DNA of 64,000 bases from positions 119,190,221-119,254,220 of the forward strand of contig NC_092370.1 of assembly GCF_030028105.1 (NCBI RefSeq). The letters are read 5' to 3'. The notes beneath the pieces are model-generated. The model made no database searches, was not told where the DNA came from, and saw only the letters and a program-made list of their open reading frames with translations. Positions 51,926 to 64,000 of the stretch are shown here, in pieces; position 1 is the first letter of the stretch, and each line of letters begins with the position of its first letter. A program made the translations under genes and the position numbers. This DNA comes from Mobula birostris. Taxonomy: Eukaryota.

Positions 51926-52733
51926 TTGAGTACATGTGCACATTTGGCTTTTGAACAGGAACTGCAGAGCGGTTCTGTATCCTGGAGTCTGCGGAAACAG
52001 ATGACTGCTCAGTCAGAAAAGAGGAGTTGATGAAACTAGGCAAGGCACTAGTCAGATAGAGGAGTGTAAAGAACCTGCCGAACTGTGTTTCAGTACAGCT
52101 CCAACATTTAGTCAGCAAATAGCAATTGTTGTCTTCACGGCAATTAACTCAAAATAAAGGATCATGGCAGTAGAGCACGCACTATCGGCTTCTCCTAAAG
52201 GACTCTTACAAGTACTTAATCAAATTGTTCACTCAGTCTGTGCCAGTGCACTGTTACGCATGCTCTAGTGATGGCTCAGCGTCACCGTGACAACACTAGA
52301 GGTGGGGAACACCATTAAAAAAAAGATAATACAATTAAAAAAAAACTCAGATGCCAGAAATCTGAAATAAAAACTGAAAATCCTTAAAAAAAATCTCAGC
52401 AGGTCAACAACATCTATAGAGAGACAAATAGTCAGTGTTTCAGTTCTGTAAACAGGTGGAGTAACAGGTCAAAGGCACAGAATGTTGCCTCTTCTTCTCT
52501 CTCTGTAGACACTTCCTGACCTGATGAGTTTTTCCAAATGTTGCTGTTTTCTGCTTAGGATAAAATGTCAGCATTTGAGAAGCCCAGCTAAAGACAGAGC
52601 ATAATGTGAGACAATTAGCCTGCCGACAGGACAAAGTTTCCTACACTGGCTCTAGTCTTTGTTTAAATGGTATGCTCCCAAATTCTGATCATACACTTGT
52701 GCAATGCAAAGGCTATTTCAATTAGATTATTGG

Positions 52734-53185
52734 ATTAGATTAGGTTATGAGGACACGCAGTCCTCTTTTATTGTCATTTAGTAACGCATGCATTAAGAAA
52801 TGATACAATGTTCCTACAGTATGGTATCACAGAAACACAAGACAGACTAAGACTGAAAAACTGACAAAAACCACATAATTATAACATATAGTTACAACAG
52901 TGCAAATTCTTTACCATAATTTGATAAAGAGCAGGCCATGGGCACGGTTAAAAATAGTCTCAAAGTCTCTCGAAAGTCCCGTCACCTCACGCAGACGGTA
53001 GAAGGAAGAAAACTCTCCCTGCCGTGAACCTCCAGCGCCGCAAACTTGCCGATGCAGCACCCTGGAAGCACCCGACTACAGCAGACTCTTGAGTCCGTCC
53101 GAAAACTTCGAGGCTCCGACCAGACCTCCGACACCGAGCACCATCTCTGCCAAGCGCTCCGACCCCAGCCCCGGCCGCCAAGCAA
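52734..53185 (-). mobile_element. CpG-rich non-coding retroposon with a Rex1-like tail
   Basis: Minus strand ends AATGACAATAAAAGAGGACTGCGTGTCCTCATAACCTAATCTAATC; no credible ORF. Confidence 0.6.
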
Positions 53186-53289
53186 CATTACATTAAGGGT
53201 GTCATGAATTGTGGCTTTTTTATGTCAAACAATGTCCCTAAGTTGATAGATCTGGAAAATCCACTCACTAATAAAGTCTAGGACTGCGA

Positions 53290-55040
53290 CATTCAAATCA
53301 GGTGACAGTGACCTTCACAGGAAATTGAGAAGCCAGCTATCAGGGATGGCAAGAGACGATCCCAGTCTAAAACCAGCCATTTGTTATGCTAGGCCAGGGT
53401 TTACATGCTATAAAGGGCTACAAAATAAAGTCAGGCAACTTCGCCAACAGCACGCTTCTTCCCGATTAACTTAATGCATTCCATGCATGTTTTGTGCAGA
53501 CGAGGACTGTATTATCACCACCCACACCAACACCAACAACCTCCTATGACCCCGAATGCTGTAATAAGATCAGTTTTCTGGACAGTGAACCCATAGAAAG
53601 CATTTGGCCCAGATGGTGTCTCTGGCTGTGCCCTTAGATCCTACGTACCATCATCTGGCAGGAGTATTTGCAGACACTTTTAACCTCTTCCTGCTCCAGT
53701 ATGACTTTTTCACTTGCTTTAAGAAGACAACTATCATCTTGCTACCTCAGAAAATCAAAGTAATGTACTTTATGACTGACACCTGCTGGTTCTGACATCC
53801 ACTAACGTGAACAGCTTTAGAAGCTAATATTGTCTCGCATTAACTCCAGCCTCCACTCTCTGCAATCTGCCTACCGCTGAATAAGGTCTGCAGCAAACAC
53901 CATTTCTGGAGCAACTGGGTGGTAAAAGCACTTACATTAGACTATTATTTATTGACTACAGGTCTTCCTTCAATACCATAATTCCAAGCAAACTCTGAGA
54001 CCTGGTACTCAACTTCTTCCTTTGTAACAGGGTCCTTGATTTGCTGACCGACAGACCACAGTCAGAAAGGGTAGGGAACAATACCTTCAGCATGATGATC
54101 CTCAACACCAGTGCCCCATGAGGCTGTGTCCTCAGACTTTTACTCTATTCCCAGTACACTCAAGAAAGCATGGCCAGATTCTGCTGTAACTCCATCTACA
54201 AGTTTGCAGGTGATACCACCACAAGAAGGAGAGAGTGAGCTTAGTAACATGGTGTCATGACAACAATTTTCCCTCAATGTCAGCAAAACAGAAGAGCTGG
54301 TTATTGACTTCAGGAAGGAAGCTTCCGTAAATCCTCCTGTCTACATCAAGGATGTTAAGGTTGACAGGGTTGAGAGCTTCAAGTTCCTAGGAGTGAACAC
54401 CACCAATAGTCTGTGCTGGCTCAACCACATTGATGTCGTGACCAACAAAGCTTACTGGCGCCTTTACTTCAGAAGGCTAGAGAAATTTGTCATGATCCCA
54501 CAGACTCTTACCAAGTTTTATTGATGCACCATAAAAGCACCCTACCTGGATGCATAAGAGATTGATATGGTACCTGCTCTGCACATGACCGTAAGAACCT
54601 GCGGAGTACTGTGGACACAACTCAGCACACCACAAAACCAGTCTCCCCTATATGAACCCTGCCCACACTTCGCACTGCCTCAGTAAAGCAGCCAGCAAAA
54701 TTCAAAGACCACACCCACCCAGACTTCCTCTCTCTGTCAGGTAGAAGATACAAAGCCTGAAAGCACAGACAACCAAGCTCAAGGACAGCTTCTATCCTGC
54801 TGTTCTAAGGCTATCATTGAATAGTTTTCTAGTCCTATAAGACTGACTCTTGACTTTATAATGCCCTTGCACCTTATTGATTACTTGCACTATATTTTCT
54901 CTGAAGTTGTTGCACTATATTCTGCATACTGTTGTTGTTCTACCCTGTACTACCTCAATGTACTGTGTAATGAATTGATCTGCATGAAACGTATGCAAAA
55001 CAAGCTCAGTACGTGTGACAATAATAAACCAATTCTAATT
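53290..55040 (+). mobile_element. Old decayed Rex1-type LINE
   Basis: Colinear with 14850-16000 (IDY.SSFNTIIPSK, GAP.GCVL, KFAGD, LNVSKTEELVIDFRK); tail GACAATAATAAACCAATTCTAATTC. Confidence 0.8.
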
Positions 55041-55783
55041 CTAGTTTCAAAGAGCTGATATCTCAGGGAGGCAACATCCATAATAAAGGACATTCAACAT
55101 CTGGGTCATGCCCTTTTCTCAATCCTGTCATCAGGCAGGAGGTACAGGAGCCTGAAGAACCTCTCCTCAAGGTTCAACAACTGCTTCTTCCCCACTGCTA
55201 TCAGGTTCTTGGACCGACCGACTTTGGATAATATGTGCCTCAACTTACAGTCAGGTCATTATGTGCATTTTAGTCTATTGTATTGCATAAATTATGCATT
55301 GTTTATGTCAATTTATTATATTAAAATCTGTCATATTTGTAATATACCATACTGCTGCAAAAAGCCAACTTTCATGGCATTTACACCCTGGGTATGTAAA
55401 CTGCGTACGCTACGATCTGCAGCCTCTCTCAATCCCATGCATTGAAATTGCCACACCAACCAGTCTGACCCCGAGGAGGTGGGTGTCAGTGGCATGGCCT
55501 TCAAGGAAGTGGGGGAGCATGTGCCATCATCTTGACTGCTCTAGACCTTCTGGTGAACGTGTTTCTACAGCACTGCTGGGGAAGGAGTGTCACGATTCAA
55601 ACCCAGTGACAATGGAGAACTGGTGTACATCTCCAAGTCAGAACGGTGTGCAATGTGCAAGGGAACCTGCAGGTGATAGGGCCTCCATAATGGTTCTTCT
55701 TGCTGGTGGAGGTGACGGGCTTGGTTTGCTGTTCAAGTCGCCTTGGTAGTTTGATGCATTGAACCAATGAAGATTGGTGGTTG

Positions 55784-55862
55784 TGTATGTGTATGTATGT
55801 GTGTGTGAGTGTGTGTGAGTGTGTGTGTGTGTACACATGTGTGTGTGTGTGTGTGTGTGTGT
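55784..55862. repeat. Interrupted (TG)n microsatellite
   Basis: Direct reading. Confidence 0.93.
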
Positions 55863-56974
55863 TTTTATGTGCTAACCAACATGATCTCAGACACTGGCAG
55901 GGGTTTTCCACTCTTCTCCCCACTTTCTGTGGGGACGACACTTGCCCTTGAGATCATTTCGCTACACGCTGGATTTCTTTGGTGACTAGCAAATTTAAAC
56001 CACTCTCTTGTCATTGCTAATTCTGGATTGATTTCACCATTATGCAAGTGGCAAAGGCACTATTACAGAAGTAGAATAAGAAATAGTGCATAAATTGCAG
56101 GAAAGCCCACATTAGTTACAAAATGATACAAATCACAGTGTTAAAAAGTGCAAAAATAAACATGGGTTGAATGTTATCTTTCAGCCCACTGACAAAGGCC
56201 ACCCAGTTTGCAGCCGTCAGTCTCACCAGGCACATGGGTCCCTGGAGTTTTGGGCTAGCTTTGACTATGTACAGAGTCATTATTTTTACATCTGTGTTTT
56301 ACATTAATAGAAAACAAGTCGCTGTTTACAGAAGATCGCTTTTGTTTAAACCCTCTGAAGGAGACTGATTGACTTCCTTGAAGACTTTCACAAGGGAAAC
56401 TTTTTTACCCTGCATATAGAGGCACCTTGACACCCCCCACTCTCCTCGGCCCATTAGCCTTTGGTTAATCTGACCGGCAGGAATACTGGAAGCTGTAGCC
56501 CAGTATCCACTGAGCAAAGTTTAATACACAACAGTGAGGGAGCACACCATAAAGTGACACACACTTCATTTATCTTCATTCTGTGATGTAGCTCCAAGAT
56601 TAATTTACACCAGGGGATATGAGTAACACACCTTTATCAGTCCATAAGATATAGATGTACACACAATATAATTACAATTATTACTCCAGATCCCTTGTTA
56701 AAATGACTATCAATACAAAGGCTCTTAAAGTGAGAGACCCTGTGTGCGTAGGGGTCTTAGTGGTAGAATTCAGTACCTGGCATTAATGGGACTTAATTTG
56801 CCAGGCTGGCTTGAGGACCCCTTCCTGACATCTTGATTCTGGTTCATTTACAGGACATGGCCAGTATTCATCACCCATCCCGAACTGTCCTCACGCCTCC
56901 GAGGAGGGGCAATTCCTCATCTCCAAGTTCCAACTGAACGACGGCACCTCCGAATCCCATGATTGGAGCTATTG

Positions 56975-57460
56975 AACATCAAAAGCAGAACAGTCCCTTT
57001 TATCCACAATCCACAATGATACCAAAGTAAACTAAATTCATTCTGCCAGTACATATCCCTCCTCCCTTGTATATTCATGTGTCTACTTAGCGTCTTTCAA
57101 ACACCACCATTGTATCTGCTTCCACCATTACCACTGGCAATCCATTGTAGGCACCCACTAGTCTCTGTGCAAAAACTTGCTCACCCTAGTTTTCCTGTCT
57201 GCTTTAAATATACGTCCTCTAGTATTTGATATTTCTGTGGGGGGAGAAAAGACTCTGACTGCCTATCTATATCCCTCATAATTTTCTAAACTTCTATCAA
57301 ATCTGCCCTCAGCCTCTGGCACTCCAGGAAAAACAACCCAAGTTTGTCCAACTATGGCTTATAGCTCATACCCTCTAATCTAGACAGCATCCTGGTAAAC
57401 CTCTTCTGCACCCTTTCCAAAGCCCCCACATCCTTCCTGTAGTGGGATGACCAGAATTGC
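56975..57460 (-). mobile_element. CR1 3' fragment; a similar one is at ~59885-60280
   Basis: QFWSSHYRKDVGALERVQKRFTRML. Confidence 0.82.
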
Positions 57461-57554
57461 CTCACCTTATCTTCCTGAGCAACATGAGAGCTGCACAGTA
57501 CATGGCAGCTTCTCTGTCTGCAGTGGGCAATTGTTTCAGAAAGTTTCATAGGGA

Positions 57555-57855
57555 GAAAGAGCACAGAAACAGGCCCTTCGGCCCACCGAGTCTGTGCCGG
57601 CCATCAATCATCAACAGTCATCCTCTTTGATTTCCCTCTAATTCCAATGAACTCCCCCCCCCAAAAAAAATTCTAACATCTACCTACACACTAGGGGCAA
57701 TTTGCAGTGGCCATGGAACCTCCTAATCCAAAGAGCTTTGAGATCTGAGAGGAAACCAATGCCCATAGGTGGTCACAGGGAGAATGTGCAAACTCCACTC
57801 GGCACTGGAGGTTAGATTGAACCTGGGAGCACAGAGGTAGCTGCACTATGGCACT
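57555..57855 (-). mobile_element. V-domain SINE with CR1-like tail
   Basis: GGTCACAGGGAGAATGTGCAAACTCCAC...GATTGAACCTGGG is the reverse complement of V-domain and B box. Confidence 0.75.
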
Positions 57856-58035
57856 GCTCTGTGGGGGAAGGGTGCAAAGCTAATAAATTTATTCCAGGGT
57901 ATCTGGATGACCTTTCATCTTTCTGATGGCAGTTGATACCTCGGATGTACCAATGTCATAAATCCAGGACTTGATGAATACTCAACTTTCAAACTTCCGT
58001 CAAGGGCTTTGCACAAACTGTGTTTCTGTAAACAA

Positions 58036-58590
58036 CTACTACGACGTCAACTCAGGTCTAGGGGGCCGGCGTCGCGCACGATGACGGACTCTCCACTTCT
58101 CCCTCTCCCTCATCAGTGTGTTCAGTTCATCTACATTAGCCACGCCGCTGTCTTCTAGGAGCATGTTGACCATAGTCTTGGGAGGGCGCCCAGGGTTCAT
58201 CCTCCCATGCTTGGGCTCCCATATGATGACTAGGTTGGCAGGTAGCTCGGGGTGGCGTAGATGGTGCCCCGCTAGTTGCAGTCTTTTCACCTCGATTTTG
58301 GTGGTGAGCATCGGTAGGTCATTATAGAGCTCGACGTTCATCGTGTGCTGTTGCCAACTCACGTCAAGAGCCATCCGAAGCATTCGTGTATAGCAACCAT
58401 CGCATAGTCTTGGTGCGTGTCCACGTCTCACATCCGTACGTGAGAATGGACTCTATGACTGCTATGAAGATCCTCTTTTTAAGCCCTCTGGTCAGGTTCG
58501 ACTTCCAGATTTCTTTCATGTCTTTCATAGCCCTCCACACCAGCGCCTTCCGTATCTTTATGTCCTTCTCCGAACTCATCATTCTTGACC
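58036..58590 (-). mobile_element. RTE-clade LINE 3' fragment
   Basis: SSEKDIKIRKALVWRAM...IESILTYGCETWT...RRLQLAGH...GRPPKT; (TAG)n-like tail. Confidence 0.85.
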
Positions 58591-60309
58591 CGTGGTACAT
58601 TCAGCACCAAAGTAATGGATGCAATAGGCAGGTTATCTAATGGGGGATGGTCGTGAAGATAAGGCTTGAGCCCACTGCAACGGAAGAGTGAAAGGGGGCG
58701 TGGCTGAAACAGGTAAGATCCTGAGGGATCTCAGGAGTGTGCATGCACAGAGGACATTCCCTCTTGAGGGAGGATCTAAAATTAGGATTAATGGCTTAAA
58801 AATAATGGTCACCATGTAGCGAAAGTGAAAATTGTCCCTCTGATTGTTGTGAGCTTTTGGAACTCTCTCTTTTATCGAGCCTTGGATCTTTCAATGGCAA
58901 CTGTAGATAGATATATGATAAGTAAGGCGGGGTGTTGTGAAAGGTTACTGGGATTGAAGGGAATAAAGAATTTGGGCTATAATTAGATCAGGCTACTTGA
59001 ATGGTGGAGCAGGCTTAAGGAGGTGAGTAGCCGACGCCTGTTCATAGCTCACTCTTCCGTATGTACACAAGACAGGTTTGGAAAGACCGAGATGAATGTC
59101 TGGAAGTCTCAAGGGACGATGATGTCATGTATCCTTAGTTCTGCGAACAGATTAAGTCACTGCTGCCTACAATGGAGCTGTTGAAACTGCCGATCGACAA
59201 GATGACCTAGCCCTATCCACAGCTAACATCACCAGCACATGTACTCTCTCACTTGTCATAATTAATCTCAGAGTCTTTCACATTGCTTGCACATTGACAG
59301 TGGAAATTTGGGAGACCTGTTTCTTGGCAGCTGTCTGTAGTCCAAGGTCTACTGCCGCCCTGAGGTGTCCTAGCAATGGTAATGGAACAAGGAATGTAAG
59401 GGATAGAAGCAGCAGCAGTTTGTACAACCCCAAGAGCAGCCAATGATGTGTAGCTGAGTTTTATAGCTTAACAAGACTATGACTTGGCAAATTTTACTAA
59501 ACTAGTTTATTACTGTCACATGTACTGAGGTAGAGTGAAAAACTTCGTTCTGCATGCCATCCATACAGATCATTTCAACACATCACTACATCGAGGTGGT
59601 GTAAGGGGAAAGCAGTAACAGGATGCAGAATAGAGTGTTACAGTAACAGAGAAAGTGCAGTGCGGGCATTTCAGCGCAAGGCCATGACGAAGTAGACTGT
59701 GAAATCAAGAGTCCATCTTGGTGTACAGGAGATCTATTCCATAGTCTAACAACAGCTGAACAGAAGCTGTCCCTCAGCATGGTGCTATGTGATTTCAGGC
59801 TCTAGAATTTTCTGCCCAATGTTGGGGGGGGGGCGGAATGTGCAGAGAAGAGTAGGTTTTGCTAGAGTAATTGAAAAGAGTGCTCAGAACTGTACAGCAA
59901 AGGAGTAGGTTCTTCAGCACACTGTATCTGTGACAACCACAATGCCAGTTTAAACTTGGCCCATCTGCCAGTACAAGATCTATATCCCTCCATTCCCTGC
60001 CTGCCATATGCTAGTCTGCATGCCTCTTAAACATTGTTATCATATCTGCTTCCACTTCTTGACTCAGCAGCACTCTACAGACACCTCCTAGCCTCTGTGC
60101 AAAAAACTTGTTTCATAAACTTTTTTTAAACCTTCACCCTCACATCTTAAAGCTACACCCACCGCTATTTGACATTTTCATCTCAGGGAAATGGATTCTG
60201 ACTGTCTACCTCTTTCTAGGTCTCACATAATTTTTTATACTTCCAGCAGGTTGTCCATCAGCCTTTGATGCTCCGGAGACCCTTATCCACCCTCCTCTCA
60301 TAAGCAGTC

Positions 60310-63300
60310 AGTGTAGGGTTCCCCCGTGGCCGTTTACCTCAGCAACAAGTGTGCCCCTTTGGGTATTGCTGGTGGAGATGACCAATCAGGGCACAGCAGC
60401 AGCAGCCAGGGAAGTGGCAGCTCGGCCAGCGCTAAGACTCAGAGAGAAAGAGTAAATTCGGGCAGAACAATAGTGACAGCAGACTCAACAGTTAGGGGAC
60501 AGACAGCAGATTCTGTGGTTGCGAAAGAGAAGCCAGAATGGTGTGTTGCCTCCTGAGTTCTTTCCACGATATCTCAGAGCGGCTGCAGAAGGTTTTCAGG
60601 ACAAAGGGTGAGCAGCCAGAAGTCGTGGTGTACATTAACACCAATGACGTAGATAGAAAGGGGGAAGAGGTCCTGGCCAATGAGTATAGGGAGTTAGGGA
60701 AGAGGCTGAGAAGCAGGACCTTCAAGGTAGTAATCTCTGGATTACTTCCAGTGGTATTATCTGGTAGTCAGGGCAGGAATAGGATGATAGCACAGATGAA
60801 TGAATGAATGGTTGAGGGAGTGGTGTAGGCCGCAGGGTTTCTGGATCATTGGGTCTCTTCTGGGGAAGGTATCGACCTGTTCAAAAAGGATGGGTTACAC
60901 CCGAACCAGAGGGGGATAAATATCCTCATGGGAAAACCTGCTTGAGTTTTTTTTTGGGGGGGGAAGGATTTAAACTAACCTATCAGGAGGATGGGGCAGT
61001 TGGTATACAACTAGATGCAGTGTTCACTGTGATTGTCAAGAAGGACAAGCAGATGATAGGGTGAAATTGCAGTCAGTGGGATGAGTTGCAAAGTAACATA
61101 GGGACAAAATCGAAAAGGGTGGACGAATATAGGATTAAAGGTGTCAAAATTGAATACATGCAGTATACGGAATAAGGTAGATAATCCTGTAGCACAGTTA
61201 GAGATTGGTAAGTATGACGATGTGGGCCTCACTGAGTCATGGCTGAAAGAAGATCATAGTTGGGAGTTTAACACTCAGAATCAGATTTGTTATTACCGGC
61301 ATGTGTCATGAAATTTGTTAACTTAGGAGCAGCAATTCAATGCAATACGTAATATAGAAGAAAATAAAATAATAAATAAATAAATAAATAAATACACCAA
61401 TTACAGTATACATATATTGAAAAGATTAAAAATCATGCAAATCAGCACTGGTGCACCTCAGGGATGTGTGCTTAGCCCACTGCTCTACTCTCTGTATACC
61501 CATGACTGTGTGGCTAGGCATAGCTCAAATACCATCTATAAATTTGCTGATGATACAGCCATTGTTGGTAGAATCTCAGATGGAGACCAGAGGGCGTACA
61601 GGCGTGAGATATGCCAACTAGCGGAGTGGTGCCGCAGCAACAACCTGGCACTCAACGTCAGTAAGCCGAAAGAGCTGATTGTGGACTTCAGGAAGGGTAA
61701 AACGAAGGAACACATACCAATCCACATAAAGGAGTCAGAAGTGGAGAGAGTGAGCAGTTTCAAGTTCCTGGGTGTCAGGATCTCTAAGGATCTAACCTGG
61801 TCCCAAAATATCGATGCAGTTATAAAGAAGGCAAGATAGTGACTATACTTCATTAGGAGTTTGAAGAGATTTGGCATGTCAACAATACACTCAAAAACTT
61901 CTATAGATGTACCGTGGAGAGCATTCTGACAGGCTGCATCACTGTCTGGTATGGGGGGTGGGGGGGGCTACTGCACAGGACCGAAAGAAGTTGCAGAGGG
62001 TTGTAAATCTAGTCAGCTCCATCTTGGTTACTTGCCTACAAAGTACCCAGGACATCTTCAAGAAGCGGTGTCCATTATTAAGGGCCTCCAGCACCCAGGC
62101 ATGCCCTTTTCTCACTGTTACCATCAGGTAGGAAGCACAGAAGCCTGAATGCACACACTCAGCAATTCAGGAATCACTTCTTCCCCTCTGCACCTAGTAT
62201 CAAAAGGAGGCAGGTAGACAGAGGGGGTGGGGTGCCTCTGTTGGTAAAAAATAAAATAAAATCTTTAGAAGGTGCTGACATAGGATGGAAAGATGTAGAA
62301 TCTTTGGAGAAAATAAAAAGGCAAAGAGACCCTGATGGAAGTTATATATAGACCTCTGAACATTAGCCAGGCTGTGGGCTACAAATTACAATGGGAGATA
62401 GAAAAGGCATGTAAAAGGAGCATTGTTGCATTAGTCATGGGGGATTTCATTATGCAGGTAGATTGGGCATATGAGGTTTGTGTTGGATGTCAAAAGAGGG
62501 AATGTGTAGAATGCCTACGAGATGGCTTTTTAGAGCAGCTGGTGGTTGAACCCACTTGGGGAACGTCAATTCTCGACTGGGTGTTATGTAATGACCAGGC
62601 TTAATTAGGGAGCTTAAGGCAAAGCAACCCTTAGGAGACGGTGATCATAATGTGATAGAATTCATCCTACAGTTTGAGAAGGAGAAGCTAAAGCCATATG
62701 TATCAGTATTACAGTGGGGTAAAGGGAACTACAGAGGCACAAGAGAGGAGCTGGACAAAGTTGATTGGTCGAGGACGCTAACGGGGAAGGGTGCCGAACA
62801 GCAATGGTTGGGGGTTCTGGGGACAATTCAGAAGGCACAGGAAACATACATCCCAAAGTTGAAGAAGTATTCTAAAGGGAGATTGGGGCAACCATGTTTG
62901 ACAAGGGAAGTCAAAGTCGGCATAAAAGCAAAAGAAAAGACATAAAATATAGCAAAAATTAGCGGGAAATTAGAGGATTAGGAAGCTTTTAAAAATCAAC
63001 AGAAGACTATTAAAAAAGCCATAAAAAGCCAAACTGAAATATGAAGGTAAGCTAGCCAGTAATATCAAAGAAGTAACCAGAAGTTTTTTCAGATATATAA
63101 AGAGTAAAAGAGAGGCAAGAGTAAATATCAGACTACTGGAAAACAGAAAAGGAGAGGTAGTAATGGAAATAAGGAAATGGCGGATGAACTGAATAAGTAT
63201 TTTGCATCAATATTCACTGTGCAAGACACTAGCAGTATGCCGGGTATTTGAGTGTGTCAGGGGACAGAGGTTGGAAAAGTTGCTATTACTAAGGAGGAGG

Positions 63301-63400
63301 TGCTTGGGAAGCTGAAAGGTCTGAAGGTAGATAAGTCACCTGGACCAGCTGGACTACAGCTCAGGTTTCTGAGAAAGGTAACTGAAGAGACTGCAGAAAC
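60310..63400 (+). mobile_element. Older CR1 LINE 5' half (ORF1 esterase and ORF2 endonuclease), interrupted at 61275-62190
   Basis: PEVVVYINTNDV...RSRTFKVVISGLLPV; IYRPLN, MGDF, LEQLVVEPT, LDWVLCN; colinear with 2425-4370. Confidence 0.9.
61275..62190. mobile_element. Rex1-type LINE with 5' inversion: tail on the minus strand (61275-61437), body on the plus strand (61438-62190)
   Basis: [28 protein letters not shown] on plus; TCAGAATCAGATTTGTTATTACCGGCATGTG is the reverse complement of a Rex1-type tail. Confidence 0.8.
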
Positions 63401-63404
63401 ATGT

Positions 63405-63697
63405 ATTTAATTATTTATTTAGTGAGCTACAGTGTAGAATAGGACCTTCTGGCTTTTTGAGCCATGTCACCCAGCAATCCACAGATTTAACCCTAGTCTA
63501 ATCATGGGTCAATTTACAATGACCAACAAACCGACCAATCATTATGTTTTTGGACTGACGGAGGAAACCAGAGCTCCCGGAGGAAACTCACACGGCCACG
63601 GGGAGAAAATATGAACTCCTTACAGGCAGCGGCAAGAATTGAACGTGGGTCGCCTGTACTATAAAGTGTTGTGTTAATCACTATGCTACTGTGCCAT
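63405..63697 (-). mobile_element. tRNA-derived V-domain SINE
   Basis: GGAGGAAACCAGAGCTCCCGGAGGAAACTCACACGGCCACGGGGAGAA...GAATTGAAC...TAATCACTATGCTACTGTGCC. Confidence 0.8.
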
Positions 63698-64000
63698 TCC
63701 TGAAGCACACAAGTGAACTTAGGTGGGTTCTTAAGACAATCGGGTCAATTCATGATCACTATTTACTGATATTGGCTTTACTTAATTAAATTATTTAAAG
63801 TTAATTATCCAAAATCCCTGATGGGGCTTAAACTTTTGTTTCTGGTTCATTAGCTTCAATCTTTGCCTCTGCTAGTTCACCATATTAACTCCACAGTACT
63901 GCACAGCAGATGATTACAGACTAGGGAACACACACTACAAGTGATAGGCAAAAGTTGTAAGGAAGATGCTCTCCAATGCTCTGCACTTCAGCATTGCCAA

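Overview
Vertebrate nuclear DNA made up mostly of nested transposable-element debris. The mix of CR1 LINEs with an esterase ORF1, V-domain tRNA SINEs, Rex1/Babar, RTE, Tx1/L1, Penelope-like, hAT and Tigger elements points to a cartilaginous fish, probably a ray (inference). I recognise no host protein-coding gene; the long ORFs are TE remnants or artefacts of a 48-bp satellite. The most notable structure is a Neptune-type Penelope-like insertion (44628-46422). It has ~590-bp inverted arms, a GIY-YIG endonuclease, a 14-bp target-site duplication (TSD) and a minimal hammerhead ribozyme on each strand. A dispersed family of 100-250 bp fold-back elements is built from the same terminus, one with its own 13-bp TSD. 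Also notable: a perfectly homogeneous 48-bp satellite arising inside a non-autonomous retroelement, a nearly intact SPIN/GTF2IRD2-like hAT transposase, a twin-primed 5'-inverted Rex1-type LINE and a multi-level nest at 38-44 kb. Family names come from motif recognition by eye, not database searches, and boundaries of old repeats are approximate.
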